Of a stretch of DNA of 64,000 bases, positions 11,000 to 22,072 are shown piece by piece. The notes beneath the pieces are model-generated. The model did not search any database. It was given only the letters and a program-made list of their open reading frames with translations, and was not told the origin of the DNA. How positions within the stretch are numbered: position 1 is the first letter of the stretch; every line of letters starts with the position of its first letter. Origin of the DNA: an uncultured Planctomycetaceae bacterium. GTDB lineage: Bacteria > Planctomycetota > Planctomycetia > Planctomycetales > Planctomycetaceae. The position numbers and the translations under genes were made by a program. Location of the stretch: positions 160,001 through 224,000 of the forward strand of contig CAWFGE010000008.1 in the NCBI GenBank assembly GCA_963815195.1. The letters are read 5' to 3'.

Positions 11000-12512
11000 A
11001 TGACAACTGACGCCCCGCCGCTGTTTTCGCTGGATTCGATCGAAAAATCGTTCGGAAGCGTGATGGCTTTGAAGCCTTTGACGCTGGATGTCCGCGCGGG
11101 GGAGATTTTGGGATTGATCGGCGAGAACGGGGCCGGGAAATCCACGCTGATCAAGCTCATCAGCGGCGTCTATCGGCCGGATGCGGGGACGTTTCGCTTT
11201 GCGGGCCGGCCGATCGAGTTTTCTTCGCCGAGCGATTCGCTGGCGGCGGGGATTGCGACGATTCATCAAGAGCTGGAATACTTCGGCAAGCTCTCGGTTG
11301 CGGAAAACATGCTGATGGGCGAAGAGTGGCCGCGCAAAGCCTGGGGCGGCGTGGATTGGAAAACGCTTTCGCAAACAGCCGCCCGGAGGCTGGCGAATTT
11401 TGAATTGGAGCTTTCCCCGGAAACTTTGTTCGACAATCTGACCGCCGCGGAGAAGCAGGAAGTCGCGATCGCGGCGGCTCTTTCACGGGACGCGAGGCTG
11501 TTGATCCTCGATGAGCCGACGGCCAGCCTCACCGAGCCGGAGGTCCGGCGGCTGTTCGCCCATCTTCGGCGGCTGAAGAACCAAGGCGTGGCGATGATTT
11601 ATGTCTCGCACCGCATGGACGAAATCGCCGCGCTCACCGACCGCGTGGCCGTGCTCCGCGACGGCGAACTCGTGGCGACGCATCAAACGGCGAACGTCAG
11701 CGTGGGCGAGTTGATCCACGACATGATCGGCCGGCCGCTCGAACAGGTTTATCCGCGCACGCGAAAAGCCGCGGCGGGCCAGCCGGTGTTAAAGCTCGCA
11801 CATCTTTCGCGGGCCGGTTTGTTCGAGGACGTCTCGCTCGAAGTGCGGGCCGGGGAGATCGTGGGGCTGGGCGGTCTGGTCGGGGCCGGCCGATCGGAAT
11901 TGGCCCGCGCGATCTATGGGCTTTATCCCGCCGACGCCGGCGAGATGCGATTGCTCGGCCAGCCGTGGAAGCCCAAGTCCGCCCACGCATCGCTCAAGCG
12001 CGGCCTCGTGTATTTGCCGGAGGAACGCAAACGGCAAGGGCTGGTCCTGGAGCATAGCCTCGGGGACACGGTGAGCATCGGGTTTTCGGATCGGCTCAGC
12101 CGGTTCGGTTTATTGCCCAAGAGAAAAGAGCGGGCCGCCGTCGCAGAAATTCTGAAGCAATACGACGTCCGCGCGGCCGGTCCCGAGCAGGCGGTGGGCA
12201 CATTGAGCGGCGGCAATCAGCAGAAGGCTGTTGTTGGGCCGATTGCTGGGCCGCGATCCCCAGGTGATCATTCTCGATGAACCCACCCGCGGGGTCGATG
12301 TGGGAGCGAAAGCCCAAATTCACGCGGCGATCGACCGGCTTGCCGCCGCTGGCAAGGGTGTGCTGTTCATCTCCAGCGACCTGCCGGAACTGATCGGCAT
12401 GAGCGACCGCATCCTCGTGATGAACCGCGGCCAACTCGCCGAGGAACTGACGGGCGGCGCCATGACCGAACACAACGTGCTGCTCGCGGCCTCGGGGTTG
12501 TACTCGGGATGA
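11000..12512 (+). CDS. Sugar ABC transporter ATP-binding protein, RbsA-like (apparent frameshift near 12230)
   Basis: GENGAGKST, ILDEPTASL, YVSHRMDE, LSGGNQQK, LDEPTRGVDVGAK and ISSDLPEL. Confidence 0.9.
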
Positions 12513-12525
12513 AACCGAATTTCTT

Positions 12526-14133
12526 TCAGCGGGCCGTTTGCAGTTCGCCGGAGGATTCGGACACGTCCGGTTTTTTCTTGCGCTTTTTCTTTTTGCGGGC
12601 GGGATTTTGTTGGTCGCCGGCGGGGTCTTGTTCGTCCTCTTCGGGTTCAAAATCCAAGGCGATCCGCCAACCAAGCCGGCCCAACAGCCGGGCGCAGAAA
12701 AAGCACCAGCCGGCGAGGAGCGGGGCGACGGTGATCGCGCTCAGAAACGGGTGCTTTCCGAATTCCCCATACAGCGGCACGAGCCACACCGCCGTCAGGC
12801 ACGCGGTCAGTCCGTAAAACACGGCCCAGATCCCGGTGTGCGATTTGAGGCTGCGGACGATCGGCCACGTGAACGGGATAAACGGCGTGCCCGCTTCCAG
12901 AGACGACAACAACACCACCGGATACAACAAAAACCCGAAGATCATCGAAGGCAGCCACGCCGACCCGAAGAAAATGCCGAACGCATGCCCGGCCAGGGCG
13001 CTTAAGACTTCTGTGACGATCAACAGGAAGCAGAGATAAACCAGGTCGCCGGCTTGCTCCCGCACGTCCGGTTCGGGCCAGCCGTCGATCTTGTTGTTCC
13101 CTGCCGAGGTTTCCAGGAGGATCGGCAAGCTGCACGAGGCCGCATAGGACAGACCCCAGATCGAGATGAAAATCGCCACGAGTCCCACGAAAGGCAGCGG
13201 AAGAAAGAGATCGCTCTGATACAGGTAGAAACAGAACGCCCAGACAATTCCCATCACGGAAAACCCCACGGTCGCATAGATCCAGCGGATCAAAACGGCG
13301 GGCCGGAACAGAAAACTCAAAAACACGTCCGAAAAGAACAACCACTTGGGCGGCGGCTCGTGTTCGACTTGCCGAATCTCCGCGAGCGCATCGTCGACGT
13401 TTTTTTCAGGCCTTCCCATCCGGGTCGGTTTGTCCGCAGGCACCGGCAGGGCGTCAACATTCGCCAGCTTCCGCCGTTTCCGCTTCTTTTTTTGGGGAGC
13501 GTCCTCCGCCGTCTCGGCAGCGTCTTGCAAATAGGCGTCCCAGGCGATTTTGTCCTTTTCCTCGCGCTGGGGTTCGGGCGGTTTCGGCTGCGGAGATTCC
13601 TTAAGGGGTTTGGATTCTTGTTGGGGCGGAGTTGTCATCGCCGGGATGGGGACATCTTCGAGACATTCCGGGCAGAGCACGGTCTGGGTCGTTTCGGACC
13701 GGGCCGACTCGAAATTCGCCCCGCACGCGGGACACGTCACGCGGGCCTCGGAAGCCGGCGGGGAAAGATCGCCCGCGTCCTCTTCCCGATCGTCCGGCGA
13801 ACTTTGAGCGGACCTGGCCGGTGTGGATTCGCCGGAAGATTTTCGGGAGCGTTTGGGGGAAAGCGGCGTCGCCGCCGGGGCCGGGGCGGGCGGTTCCAGT
13901 TCGCTGGGCGTCCGCTCCCAACCTGCGGGCAAGGCGAGGCGATAGGTGCCCGCGTCGTCGGTTTCGGCCCGTCGGCGTTCCAACTCGTCTTCCAGTTCGG
14001 CGGCAGCCGGCACTCGCACGGGCTCCGCGCACTCCGGGCAGCGAGCGAAATAGGGCGTCGCGCGCACGGCCGGCCGAAACCGGGCCTCGCACCGCGGACA
14101 AGTCACCTCAAAAGGTCCCAAGGCGTCAGTCAC
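12526..14133 (-). CDS. Zinc-ribbon domain membrane protein
   Basis: Two CxxC..CxxC pairs, a disordered linker, about six hydrophobic segments and a basic tail. Confidence 0.75.
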   Translation of the reverse strand: MTDALGPFEVTCPRCEARFRPAVRATPYFARCPECAEPVRVPAAAELEDELERRRAETDDAGTYRLALPAGWERTPSELEPPAPAPAATPLSPKRSRKSSGESTPARSAQSSPDDREEDAGDLSPPASEARVTCPACGANFESARSETTQTVLCPECLEDVPIPAMTTPPQQESKPLKESPQPKPPEPQREEKDKIAWDAYLQDAAETAEDAPQKKKRKRRKLANVDALPVPADKPTRMGRPEKNVDDALAEIRQVEHEPPPKWLFFSDVFLSFLFRPAVLIRWIYATVGFSVMGIVWAFCFYLYQSDLFLPLPFVGLVAIFISIWGLSYAASCSLPILLETSAGNNKIDGWPEPDVREQAGDLVYLCFLLIVTEVLSALAGHAFGIFFGSAWLPSMIFGFLLYPVVLLSSLEAGTPFIPFTWPIVRSLKSHTGIWAVFYGLTACLTAVWLVPLYGEFGKHPFLSAITVAPLLAGWCFFCARLLGRLGWRIALDFEPEEDEQDPAGDQQNPARKKKKRKKKPDVSESSGELQTAR

Positions 14134-14155
14134 GTTCTTTTCTCACAACAACCAA

Positions 14156-14338
14156 GGCGAGCGGGGGCGTGAGGCCCCTGGTTTTGTGGATCCTCCAAAA
14201 TCGCTCCCTTCGCAAAACCATTTCACTGAAATGAAACCTACCTTAAGGATACGCGAATGACCGGTTGGCTGACAGGCCCGGTCTGGTGGCGGGGAACAAT
14301 CATGGGGCTGACGCCCGGGCTGACGCCCCACGCTCGCC
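14156..14338. repeat. REP-like inverted pair (family A)
   Basis: GGCGAGCGGGGGCGTGAGGCCCC...GGGCTGACGCCCCACGCTCGCC. Confidence 0.7.
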
Positions 14339-14346
14339 GGAACAAA

Positions 14347-15480
14347 TCACTGCGTGATGCCTTCTGTGATGGCCATGAAGGCGTCTTCCAGGCTTTCGGT
14401 TTTGCCTTGGAACTCCAGGACCTCGAATTCCTCGAGCAGCATGTTTTTAAGAAGCAGGGACTGCTCGGCGGCCGTGCCTTCGAAATCGAAGGTCAGGATC
14501 TGATCGGCCCGTTTGACCTCCGAGACGTGCGATTGTTCCCAAAGCCAGCGCTCGAGTTCGGAGCCGCGCTGGATCACCCGGCAGAGGAGCGTCGTGGAGA
14601 TCCGTTCGCCGCGGGTTTTCCGGCGTTGGGCGCTGCGGATTTCGTCCATCGTGCCGTGGATCAGGATTCGGCCCGCCTCGATGATCGCGGCGGAGTTGCA
14701 GATTTCGCCCAGCTCGGTGAGGATGTGCGAACTGATGAGCACGGTCTTGTTGAGGTCTCTCGCCAAGAGATGAATCAGTTCTCGCAATTCCACGCGGGCG
14801 CGGGGATCGAGGCCGGCGGCGGGTTCATCGAGGACCAGGACCTCTGGATCGTGGATCAACGTCCGGCCCAGGCCCAGCCGCTGGGACATGCCTTTGGAGA
14901 GCGTGTCGATCGGTTTTTCGGCGAGTTTTCGCAGTTCGGTGAAGACGAGGACTCGCTCCAGGGAATCCCGCAGCCTTTGCCCGCGGAGGCCGTAAGCCCG
15001 CCCGAAGAAGTCGAGGTATTCGACGACGTTGACGTTGTGATATCTGCCGAAGCTGTCGGGCATGAAGCCCAGGATCCCGCGAACTTTGTCGGGGTCGTCC
15101 ACAACCGAATAGCCGCACACGAAGGCATCGCCCGCGGTGGGGGTGTCGAGCGTGGCGAGGATCCGCATCGTCGTGGTTTTGCCCGCCCCGTTGGGGCCGA
15201 TGAAACCCATCACCTGCCCGGGGTACGCCGAGAACGTGACATCGTCCACCGCTCTGAGCCGGCCGAAAAAGCGGTTGAGATGGCGGATTTCGAGCGCCGG
15301 CTCGCCCCGGTTCGCCGAGCCGTTCTCGCCGGACGGTGAGGTCCTCGGCGGGGGCACCGCGACGACGACGATGTCCGCGTCCTCAACGATTTCCTCGCCG
15401 GCCGCATTCGCGCTGCCAGCATTGGGATGCGGGGGAACCGGCTCCCGGGTTGCGCGGGGGTTGGGAATCGGGGAGATCAT
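14347..15480 (-). CDS. ABC-2 type transporter ATP-binding protein
   Basis: GPNGAGKTT, LSKGMSQR, LVLDEPAAGLDP and ISSHIL. Confidence 0.9.
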   Translation of the reverse strand: MISPIPNPRATREPVPPHPNAGSANAAGEEIVEDADIVVVAVPPPRTSPSGENGSANRGEPALEIRHLNRFFGRLRAVDDVTFSAYPGQVMGFIGPNGAGKTTTMRILATLDTPTAGDAFVCGYSVVDDPDKVRGILGFMPDSFGRYHNVNVVEYLDFFGRAYGLRGQRLRDSLERVLVFTELRKLAEKPIDTLSKGMSQRLGLGRTLIHDPEVLVLDEPAAGLDPRARVELRELIHLLARDLNKTVLISSHILTELGEICNSAAIIEAGRILIHGTMDEIRSAQRRKTRGERISTTLLCRVIQRGSELERWLWEQSHVSEVKRADQILTFDFEGTAAEQSLLLKNMLLEEFEVLEFQGKTESLEDAFMAITEGITQ

Positions 15481-15535
15481 TCATAGGGAAGAGGATCGTC
15501 TTGGAGAGGCGGAAGGATCAGAAAAGCTTACAGGT

Positions 15536-17800
15536 TCACTTGCCGCTGCCTCGAATCGCGACGGCGGCGGTTTGGGCCCGGCCTTTGACGAACACATGCC
15601 CGCTTTGGGCCAGGGCGTCCAACTGGGGCAGGCTGCGGGCTGTGCCGATGTCCTTCAGCACATCGCAGATGACTTGCTGCGTTTGCCAATCCTTGGCGGC
15701 GGCCAGCGCCTTGAGGAGTTCCGGCTCGGCCGCGGAGCCAAAGGACTTCAGCCCCTCGACGGCTTCCCGGCGGACGCTAAAGTTGTTCAACTGCGCGATT
15801 ATCGGAACGATGGCCTTCGGATCTTTCAGTTTTCCAAGCGCCACCAGCACCCGCTTTTTCAAAAAAATGTCCTTGTTGACCGGGTCGTCCAACTGGCTCA
15901 ATAAGAACGTCACAGTGTCGGCATCGCCCCACACGGCTAACGCATCCGCGGCGGCTTGTTTGTCGAAATGGCCGCCGTTTGTGATCAGATTTTCCAACAG
16001 CCGGGCCGCTTCTTTTTGACGGTTGGGATCGGGCTGCATCTTGGCCAATTGTTGGGCAGCGGCTTTGGCCTTAAAGCCCTTGCCTTCCCGCAAATCCGCC
16101 AACAGCGAATCGAGCGTCCGGGCGTCCGGCGGAGCTTCGAGCTGGGGCGGGACCGGCGGGTTTTGCCCGGGCGCCACGGGAATCGGTGCCGCGGGATTTG
16201 GCCGAGGAAACGGTCGCGGTCGCGGCCGGAAAACAACCGGCGGGTTCGCGTTGGGATTCGGGAGCGGCGAGACGGGAACGGTCGGGTTGGGCGCGGGCGT
16301 TTGGGTGGCGGAACGGCCCAGGCAGGCGAGAAACGGAAGCGGAGCGAAGGCCGTGCTCCCGGCGACCATTCCGCCGAGATTCCCGAGTCCACGTTGAGTC
16401 ACCGCGACCGTGCGGCCGAATTGGCGGAAATCGGACGAACCCGGATTGCCCCCGGGACCCGGCATTCTGTTGGCGGCTTCAAACGCTTTCCCATATTGCG
16501 AGGCCTCGCCGGCGGATTCGAATCTCAAAAAGGTGACATGCTTGACGCCGTCGCCGTCCAACTGCAAACCCGTGCCCGCCGTTTTCGCGTGCATGCCTAT
16601 GGGCATATCGGGCCCGGAGGAACTGGGGCCGGTGATTTCCTCTCCCGGGCGGGACACGCGGGCGGTGACCACGTGATATTCGGGCTGCATGAATTCCATG
16701 TCGGTCCAATCGGGAGCCTCGCCTGCGGTGTCGATTGCTGCTTGGACTTCGGCTTGGGTTCCCACGACCAGCGTGCGGGCGTCGGGCAGATAAAGACCCC
16801 ACCGCCCCTGCGAACCGTTGTCGGGAGAAAACAGGTGGAACGTCTCGCCGTTGTGGGTCGCGGATTCGGTGTTCTCGCCGATCAGCTTTGTGCGGTCCCA
16901 ATCCTTGTTGGCGCGGGCGACCATCACGAACGGCGTGTTCCGCGGAACGTTGAGCAGCACGCTCATGCCGTTGAACTCCGCCGGTTCGTCCCGGTAGATG
17001 CCGATGACGACGCTTTCCAGATCGCCCAAATCCATCCCCGTGCGGTCGCGGAACTGGTCGACGACGCCGCGGAGCTGGGGACCGCCGGCCAGTTGCGTTT
17101 GAAAGAACGGCGAGCGGGAAAGATCCCCCACGCGAAAAACGCCCACGGCCTGGCAATCCGCCGGCAGATAAGCCAGCCGGCCTTGCGCCGCGGCGGACGC
17201 GGATGAAGAACCTTGAATCAGGAAAATCGCCCCGATGATGACGGCGAGCGTCAGGAGCAGCCCGCCGACGATCGCCCCCCACATCCTCGCAGAGCTTGAC
17301 GACGACCTGGCACGCTTGGAGGAAGAACGCGGGGGCTCGCGGCGGGAAGGTCTCCGCGAACTCTCGCGCGGAGTGCGGTCTCGCGGAGACGGGGCCGCGC
17401 GACTGTGCGGCTCATCGTCGGCTTCTTCGTGGTACGGTTCGACCTCGAAAATGTCCCGGTCGTCCGCCGATCGATCTCGGCGCGGCCGGGAGGACTTCCG
17501 CTCGGGAGCCGGCTCAGGCGCTGGCAGTTCCTCCATGTCGTCGAAGTTGTCGAGGTCCGCGAGATCGGCGTCGGGTTTCCGCGGAATCGCCCTAGGGGCC
17601 GGTTCCGCTTCGATCCATTCGGGCTCCAATTCCTCGATGATTTCCGGTTCCGGGTGGACGGTGAACCGGTGCCCGCATTCCGGGCAAGGCATGCGGCGGC
17701 CGATCAAATCGCGGTTTCGCAGCTTGAACGACGCATTGCACTCGGGACACAACACGGAAAGCGGTTTAGACGAAGACGGAGGTTTGGGGCGGTCGGACAT
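15536..17800 (-). CDS. Zinc-ribbon / single-TM / HEAT-repeat protein
   Basis: CPEC..CPEC N-terminus, charged linker, TM helix, Pro-rich linker and C-terminal HEAT-like repeats. Confidence 0.75.
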   Translation of the reverse strand: MSDRPKPPSSSKPLSVLCPECNASFKLRNRDLIGRRMPCPECGHRFTVHPEPEIIEELEPEWIEAEPAPRAIPRKPDADLADLDNFDDMEELPAPEPAPERKSSRPRRDRSADDRDIFEVEPYHEEADDEPHSRAAPSPRDRTPRESSRRPSRREPPRSSSKRARSSSSSARMWGAIVGGLLLTLAVIIGAIFLIQGSSSASAAAQGRLAYLPADCQAVGVFRVGDLSRSPFFQTQLAGGPQLRGVVDQFRDRTGMDLGDLESVVIGIYRDEPAEFNGMSVLLNVPRNTPFVMVARANKDWDRTKLIGENTESATHNGETFHLFSPDNGSQGRWGLYLPDARTLVVGTQAEVQAAIDTAGEAPDWTDMEFMQPEYHVVTARVSRPGEEITGPSSSGPDMPIGMHAKTAGTGLQLDGDGVKHVTFLRFESAGEASQYGKAFEAANRMPGPGGNPGSSDFRQFGRTVAVTQRGLGNLGGMVAGSTAFAPLPFLACLGRSATQTPAPNPTVPVSPLPNPNANPPVVFRPRPRPFPRPNPAAPIPVAPGQNPPVPPQLEAPPDARTLDSLLADLREGKGFKAKAAAQQLAKMQPDPNRQKEAARLLENLITNGGHFDKQAAADALAVWGDADTVTFLLSQLDDPVNKDIFLKKRVLVALGKLKDPKAIVPIIAQLNNFSVRREAVEGLKSFGSAAEPELLKALAAAKDWQTQQVICDVLKDIGTARSLPQLDALAQSGHVFVKGRAQTAAVAIRGSGK

Positions 17801-17871
17801 GGATTTAGAGTTTCCCGTTTTCGATCATTCTCCACAGTCGTGAGTCCCGCGAAGCCCGCGTTCGTCTTAGC

Positions 17872-19982
17872 TCAGAAATTCCCGATCGGGTGGCCGTCGT
17901 TATATTGAAACAGATCCAGCAGCGTCTGGGGGTTGATGTTCTTGGCAAGGTAACGCACCGAACCGTCACACAAGAGCGCATTGAACCCGCCGCTCGTCTC
18001 GCCCAGGTTTTGGGTCGGGTTGGCGGGGTTATAGCGGTAATCGTCGGGCTTGGTCCAAACCACGGCCGCGGCGTCGTCGGCTTCCACGACCAATATCGTA
18101 TTGCTCATCCCATCGACAAGCTCGGCGAATTTCTTGCCGCCGCCGTTTTCCATCACGCCTCCCGGTCCGTCGATTCCCAGGTAGACCGTTCTCCCCGGCG
18201 GGGCGTTCGAGTTGGGGCTCTTGTAGATGGCGGGCATCTGGTTGACCAACCTCAGGTTGTGCGCGCTGTTCCAGGGCTCGTTTTTGTGGAATTGCTGATA
18301 CAGGGCCTGCTGCCCGAGGAACGGCAGGATATGCACGCGCCAACTGAGTTGGCTCGAAAGCTCGGTTTGATTTTTGGGGACGGGAAGCGCATGGTACGTG
18401 TCGTAAAAGTTATGCATCGCCACGCCGACTTGCCTGAGGTTGTTCTTGCTGGCCGCCCGCCGGGCGGCTTCGCGGGCCTCGGTGAACGGATTTCCCAGAC
18501 CGCCTGGGCCGACGGGGTTTGGCCGATTGCCTTGGCCGAACAGGCTCGGCCGATTGCCCCGGCCGAACGGAAAGGACGGGATATTAAAGCCCCGGCCAAA
18601 GTTTTTCAGCATGCTGTTTTGATTGTTGTTCGCGAGTTGCTCCATTTTGTCGATGACCGAGGAGGGAACCTCGGCCGAGAGCGTGACGTGCTCCCCGCTT
18701 TGGCTGGCGGAGATGCTGTTAAACACCGACTCGGCGAGCGCAATGCCTTCTTGCATTTCCGGCGGGGCCTCATTCATCTTGGCACGATTGTCGTTGATGT
18801 ATTTCCTCCCTTCCGCCAGCGCCTGTTGGATGCCGCCGGAGATTTTTGCGGCGGAATCGGAACTCCCGCATTTCCCGACCACTTTGAACTCGATGCCGCT
18901 GCTCAAATTGAGCACCCAGGCCCCGCCTTTGAGATCTTTGGCTCCCTCCATCATGTCGGCGACATATTCTTTTCCAGGCAGCATGGGGGGCGGTTTGATT
19001 TCTCGGGTCAGTTTCGCCGGATCGTCGGGCAGATAGCCCGCCACGATCTGTCCGGAGGGCAGGAACGAAAATTTCTCGGCGACATTGGACGTTGCGCCGC
19101 GGTCCAAGGCCTGTTTCACAGAATCCGTCGGCCCCACCAGGAGGGTCTTCTCGTCCGGCAGATAAAATGCAAGCCGGCCGCCGTCGTAAAATGTTTTGTC
19201 GTTGTGCGTCGCTTCCGAAAGATTCTCGCCGGTTTTGAGGCCGTCGACGTTCCAGGGCGTCTTTTTGCGAACGACCATCAGGTGCGGGCCCCGGTCCATT
19301 TTGTCGGGGTCCTCGTAACCCGCGAGAAAACTTTCGACGGAATCGATGGATTCCCCTTGATTGAACCCGCCCTGCTCCATTTTCTTTTGGAGTTCGTCCA
19401 GGCCCGTTTTGAGTTGCGCCGCGTTCTGGTTGTTCAAGATTCGCTGGACGACGTTGGAATTCCAAACCTCATCGACATCGACCGAGACCACGACTTGGGT
19501 ATTCGGCGACAGCCACGCCATGTCTTTGGTATTGAGTCCGCCGCCGCCCACCAGGTTGTAGACCAGAACTCCCAGGCCCACCACGAGCAGCAGCCCCAAC
19601 ACGCCGCCACCCGCGAGGAGGGCGATCTTGGCGCCGTTTCCCGAACCGGACTTCCTGCGGGGTTTCTTTCCGCCGCGCGATCCGCGGGCCGCTCCCCGCC
19701 GAGATCGGGGCGGCTCATTCCGCCGAGACCGGGGCGGCTCGGAGGGGCGGCGGGCGGCGGGCCGCCGGGGCTCTTCAAAATCATCGTAGCCGTCATCGAA
19801 ATCGTCGAAATCGTCCTGCGCCGCCGGCTTCGGTTTGCGCACGGGGCAGCGGAGCGGGGCGGCTTGATCGTGAAGGGATTCTGGCAGTTCGGGCAGCGAA
19901 CCTTTTTCCCGATGGCCGCCGGGTTTTGGATCTTCAAGCGCGCATCGCAACTCGGACACTGGGCGGAAAAGGGACCAGGCAT
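17872..19982 (-). CDS. Zinc-ribbon / TM / DUF1559-domain protein (apparent frameshift near 19850)
   Basis: N-terminus MPGPFSAQCPSC..CPNC (ORF 19434-19982) continues into ORF 17872-20451, which has AREAARRAASKNNLRQVGVAMHNF, SWRVHILPF, DGMSNT and NALLCDGSV (DUF1559 signatures). Confidence 0.8.
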
Positions 19983-20162
19983 AATTGCACAGACTCCACG
20001 GGAATATGTGGGGAAGGGTTGGAAGAGGCTCCGCCCCGAAACCGAAAAAATGCGAACTCAAAAAGACATCCCAGATCCTAACACCCCCCTTCCGCCCGAA
20101 CAAGAATCGATACGGGAATTCCGGAGGGAACGAGTGTTTTGAAATTCGTTTCAAACCGCCCT

Positions 20163-20507
20163 CTACGCCGATTGCTCGGCGATTGGCTGCGGGGTGGCGG
20201 GTTTGGGCGAAGCCGGGGTCGCGGGACGCCGCTTGAGGATTCTTCGCAGCTTGGACAAGGTGCCGTCGCGGTTCCAGCGGCGATAGTAGCTGTAAACCGT
20301 GCCCCACGCCGGGAATTCCACCGGCAGCATTCGCCAGGGACAACGCACCTGGTCGCGGTAATGGATCGCGCTGACCACCTCCCGCAAGTCCGTCGCCCGA
20401 TGCCGGCCCAAGGGACTTTCCTCGGGCAATAGCGGAGCAACCTGCTCCCACTGCTCGTCGGTGAGGTCGCTGGGATAGGCCGTTCGCGGCAAAGCTGCAT
20501 CACTCAT
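20163..20507 (-). CDS. Stand-alone IS5-family transposase N-terminal domain (DUF4096-like), no catalytic DDE domain
   Basis: YPSDLTDEQW..LLP, REVVSAIHY, CPWRMLPVEFPAWGTVYSYYRRW..DG, followed by a short Pro-rich tail and a stop. Confidence 0.75.
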   Translation of the reverse strand: MSDAALPRTAYPSDLTDEQWEQVAPLLPEESPLGRHRATDLREVVSAIHYRDQVRCPWRMLPVEFPAWGTVYSYYRRWNRDGTLSKLRRILKRRPATPASPKPATPQPIAEQSA

Positions 20508-20577
20508 CGTCGGAGACCTCTCGGGGGCTTTGAGTTGGGAATCCAAATGCCAGCGTCCGTCGAGCCGGCCCGATCGA

Positions 20578-20892
20578 TTATGCGGAGGTCTTTTCGTCGG
20601 CATTCGTTTCACTGCCTCGCCGACCCGCCGGAAAATACAGCGTCCAATCGGCGAGCCAATCTGCTCCCGCCAAATGCCGGCGCTCCGAAGACGGCCGGCG
20701 ATTCGCCGGCTTTTGGGTTTGAGGTACGGGACGGGGGGTGTTCTCCTCGTCGACTTCGGGCGCGGGCGGCGAAGAGTCGTCCAACACCTCCAAAACCGCC
20801 GTGGGAGCCTGGACCGAAAGACCGCCCCCCATGAGGGATTCCTGAAAATCCCACGTCCGGTCTTCCTGAAACGAAAGGGGTGCGAGGTTCAT
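20578..20892 (-). CDS. Hypothetical protein
   Basis: Low-complexity ORF upstream of the DUF4096-like gene; start uncertain. Confidence 0.3.
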   Translation of the reverse strand: MNLAPLSFQEDRTWDFQESLMGGGLSVQAPTAVLEVLDDSSPPAPEVDEENTPRPVPQTQKPANRRPSSERRHLAGADWLADWTLYFPAGRRGSETNADEKTSA

Positions 20893-21266
20893 CGCTTCAT
20901 TCCTTGGATCAATTGATGGAAAACGCGGCGGACCGGAACCGCTCGTTCCACAAATCCGCCTCACCAATCAATGATACGATACAAAAGAACAGTTATCAAT
21001 TGGTGTTTTGGGATTTTTCCGGATTTTCTGAGGAACGCTTTGTCGTGGTGAATATACGAAACGAACGTGGTTGCGGTTCACTGAGATTTTCCAGTCTGGA
21101 AAGATTTTTATGAGTGGAACGGCGCGAGCCGGCGGTTTTGGGAACGTGCACAACAGCCAAAAAAGCGCAAGCGAGGGAATGACTCATTCCCTCGCTTGCG
21201 CTGCGGGCGAATGAAAAATCACCCAAAATGTGCCACGACGCAAACTTCCGCGTCCCGGCAGACCCC

Positions 21267-21295
21267 TTGACAGCCGATTTCCAAAAAAGTAGGGT
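21267..21295 (+). promoter_or_regulatory. Putative sigma70-type promoter
   Basis: TTGACA-17 nt-TAGGGT upstream of the gene at 21468. Confidence 0.5.
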
Positions 21296-21370
21296 CAGGA
21301 GAGATGAATTGGATTCCAAATCCCGCGATGGGAGTGCCCGGTTGGCGGGTCAATTCAAACCGGCAACGAC

Positions 21371-21405
21371 AGCCTCACGGGTTTCTGGCCCGCGGAGGTT
21401 TTTTT
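21371..21405 (+). terminator. Intrinsic terminator-like hairpin in a 5' leader
   Basis: GCCTCACGGG-TTTCTGG-CCCGCGGAGG followed by T7, between the promoter and the gene. Confidence 0.5.
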
Positions 21406-21467
21406 ATGCACCATGAGCCAGACCATCTGCAGATCAAACTCCCTGATTCTTTTCTCGTAAGGAGCGT

Positions 21468-22037
21468 GTGATGAGCCAGTTCCATACCTCGCTGAAGCGG
21501 CTCTTGTCCGGGGCCACGCTGAGCGGTTTTCTGTCGGCCGAGGGAAGCCCAGAGCCCCGGCCCGTCACTCTCGACATCAAACGCCTGGACAAATCCCGGG
21601 GCCCTCACGATTGGCAGCTTCACGTGGCGATCCAGGCGGTGGAGAACACCGTCGAGTGCGACCTCGCCGTGGACGTGCAGTGGGCGGGTTCGACGCCCGT
21701 GATCAGCCTTCATGAAGCGTCCATCCCCGGCGTGGGCACGGTCAATGCAAAGATTCTGATCAACAACTGCCTCTTCGCCGGGACCTGGGTGCACGAGGGA
21801 ATCCGCGGGGAAGTCTGGGGCGAGGTGTGGCCGCTGGCGGAAGCCGTCTCCCGCAAAGAACGCTTTGTGATCGAACGCAGCAGCGAGTTCCTGCGGGAGT
21901 GGTGGACGGGAAGCGAATGGTCCGAGGCCGCCGAGACAGCGCATTGGTACAAGCATGAACCCGATGGCCCGCGCATCACCGGCGACGAAGGCGCCCACGC
22001 CGTCTGCTATCCCAGCGGCGAAGTGGAACCGGGATAA
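21468..22037 (+). CDS. Hypothetical protein
   Basis: AAGGAG RBS and a 189-aa ORF with host-like codon usage. Confidence 0.7.
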   Translation: MMSQFHTSLKRLLSGATLSGFLSAEGSPEPRPVTLDIKRLDKSRGPHDWQLHVAIQAVENTVECDLAVDVQWAGSTPVISLHEASIPGVGTVNAKILINNCLFAGTWVHEGIRGEVWGEVWPLAEAVSRKERFVIERSSEFLREWWTGSEWSEAAETAHWYKHEPDGPRITGDEGAHAVCYPSGEVEPG

Positions 22038-22072
22038 GGGAAGCGGCGCACGTTCAGCGCATTTTGTGGTAC

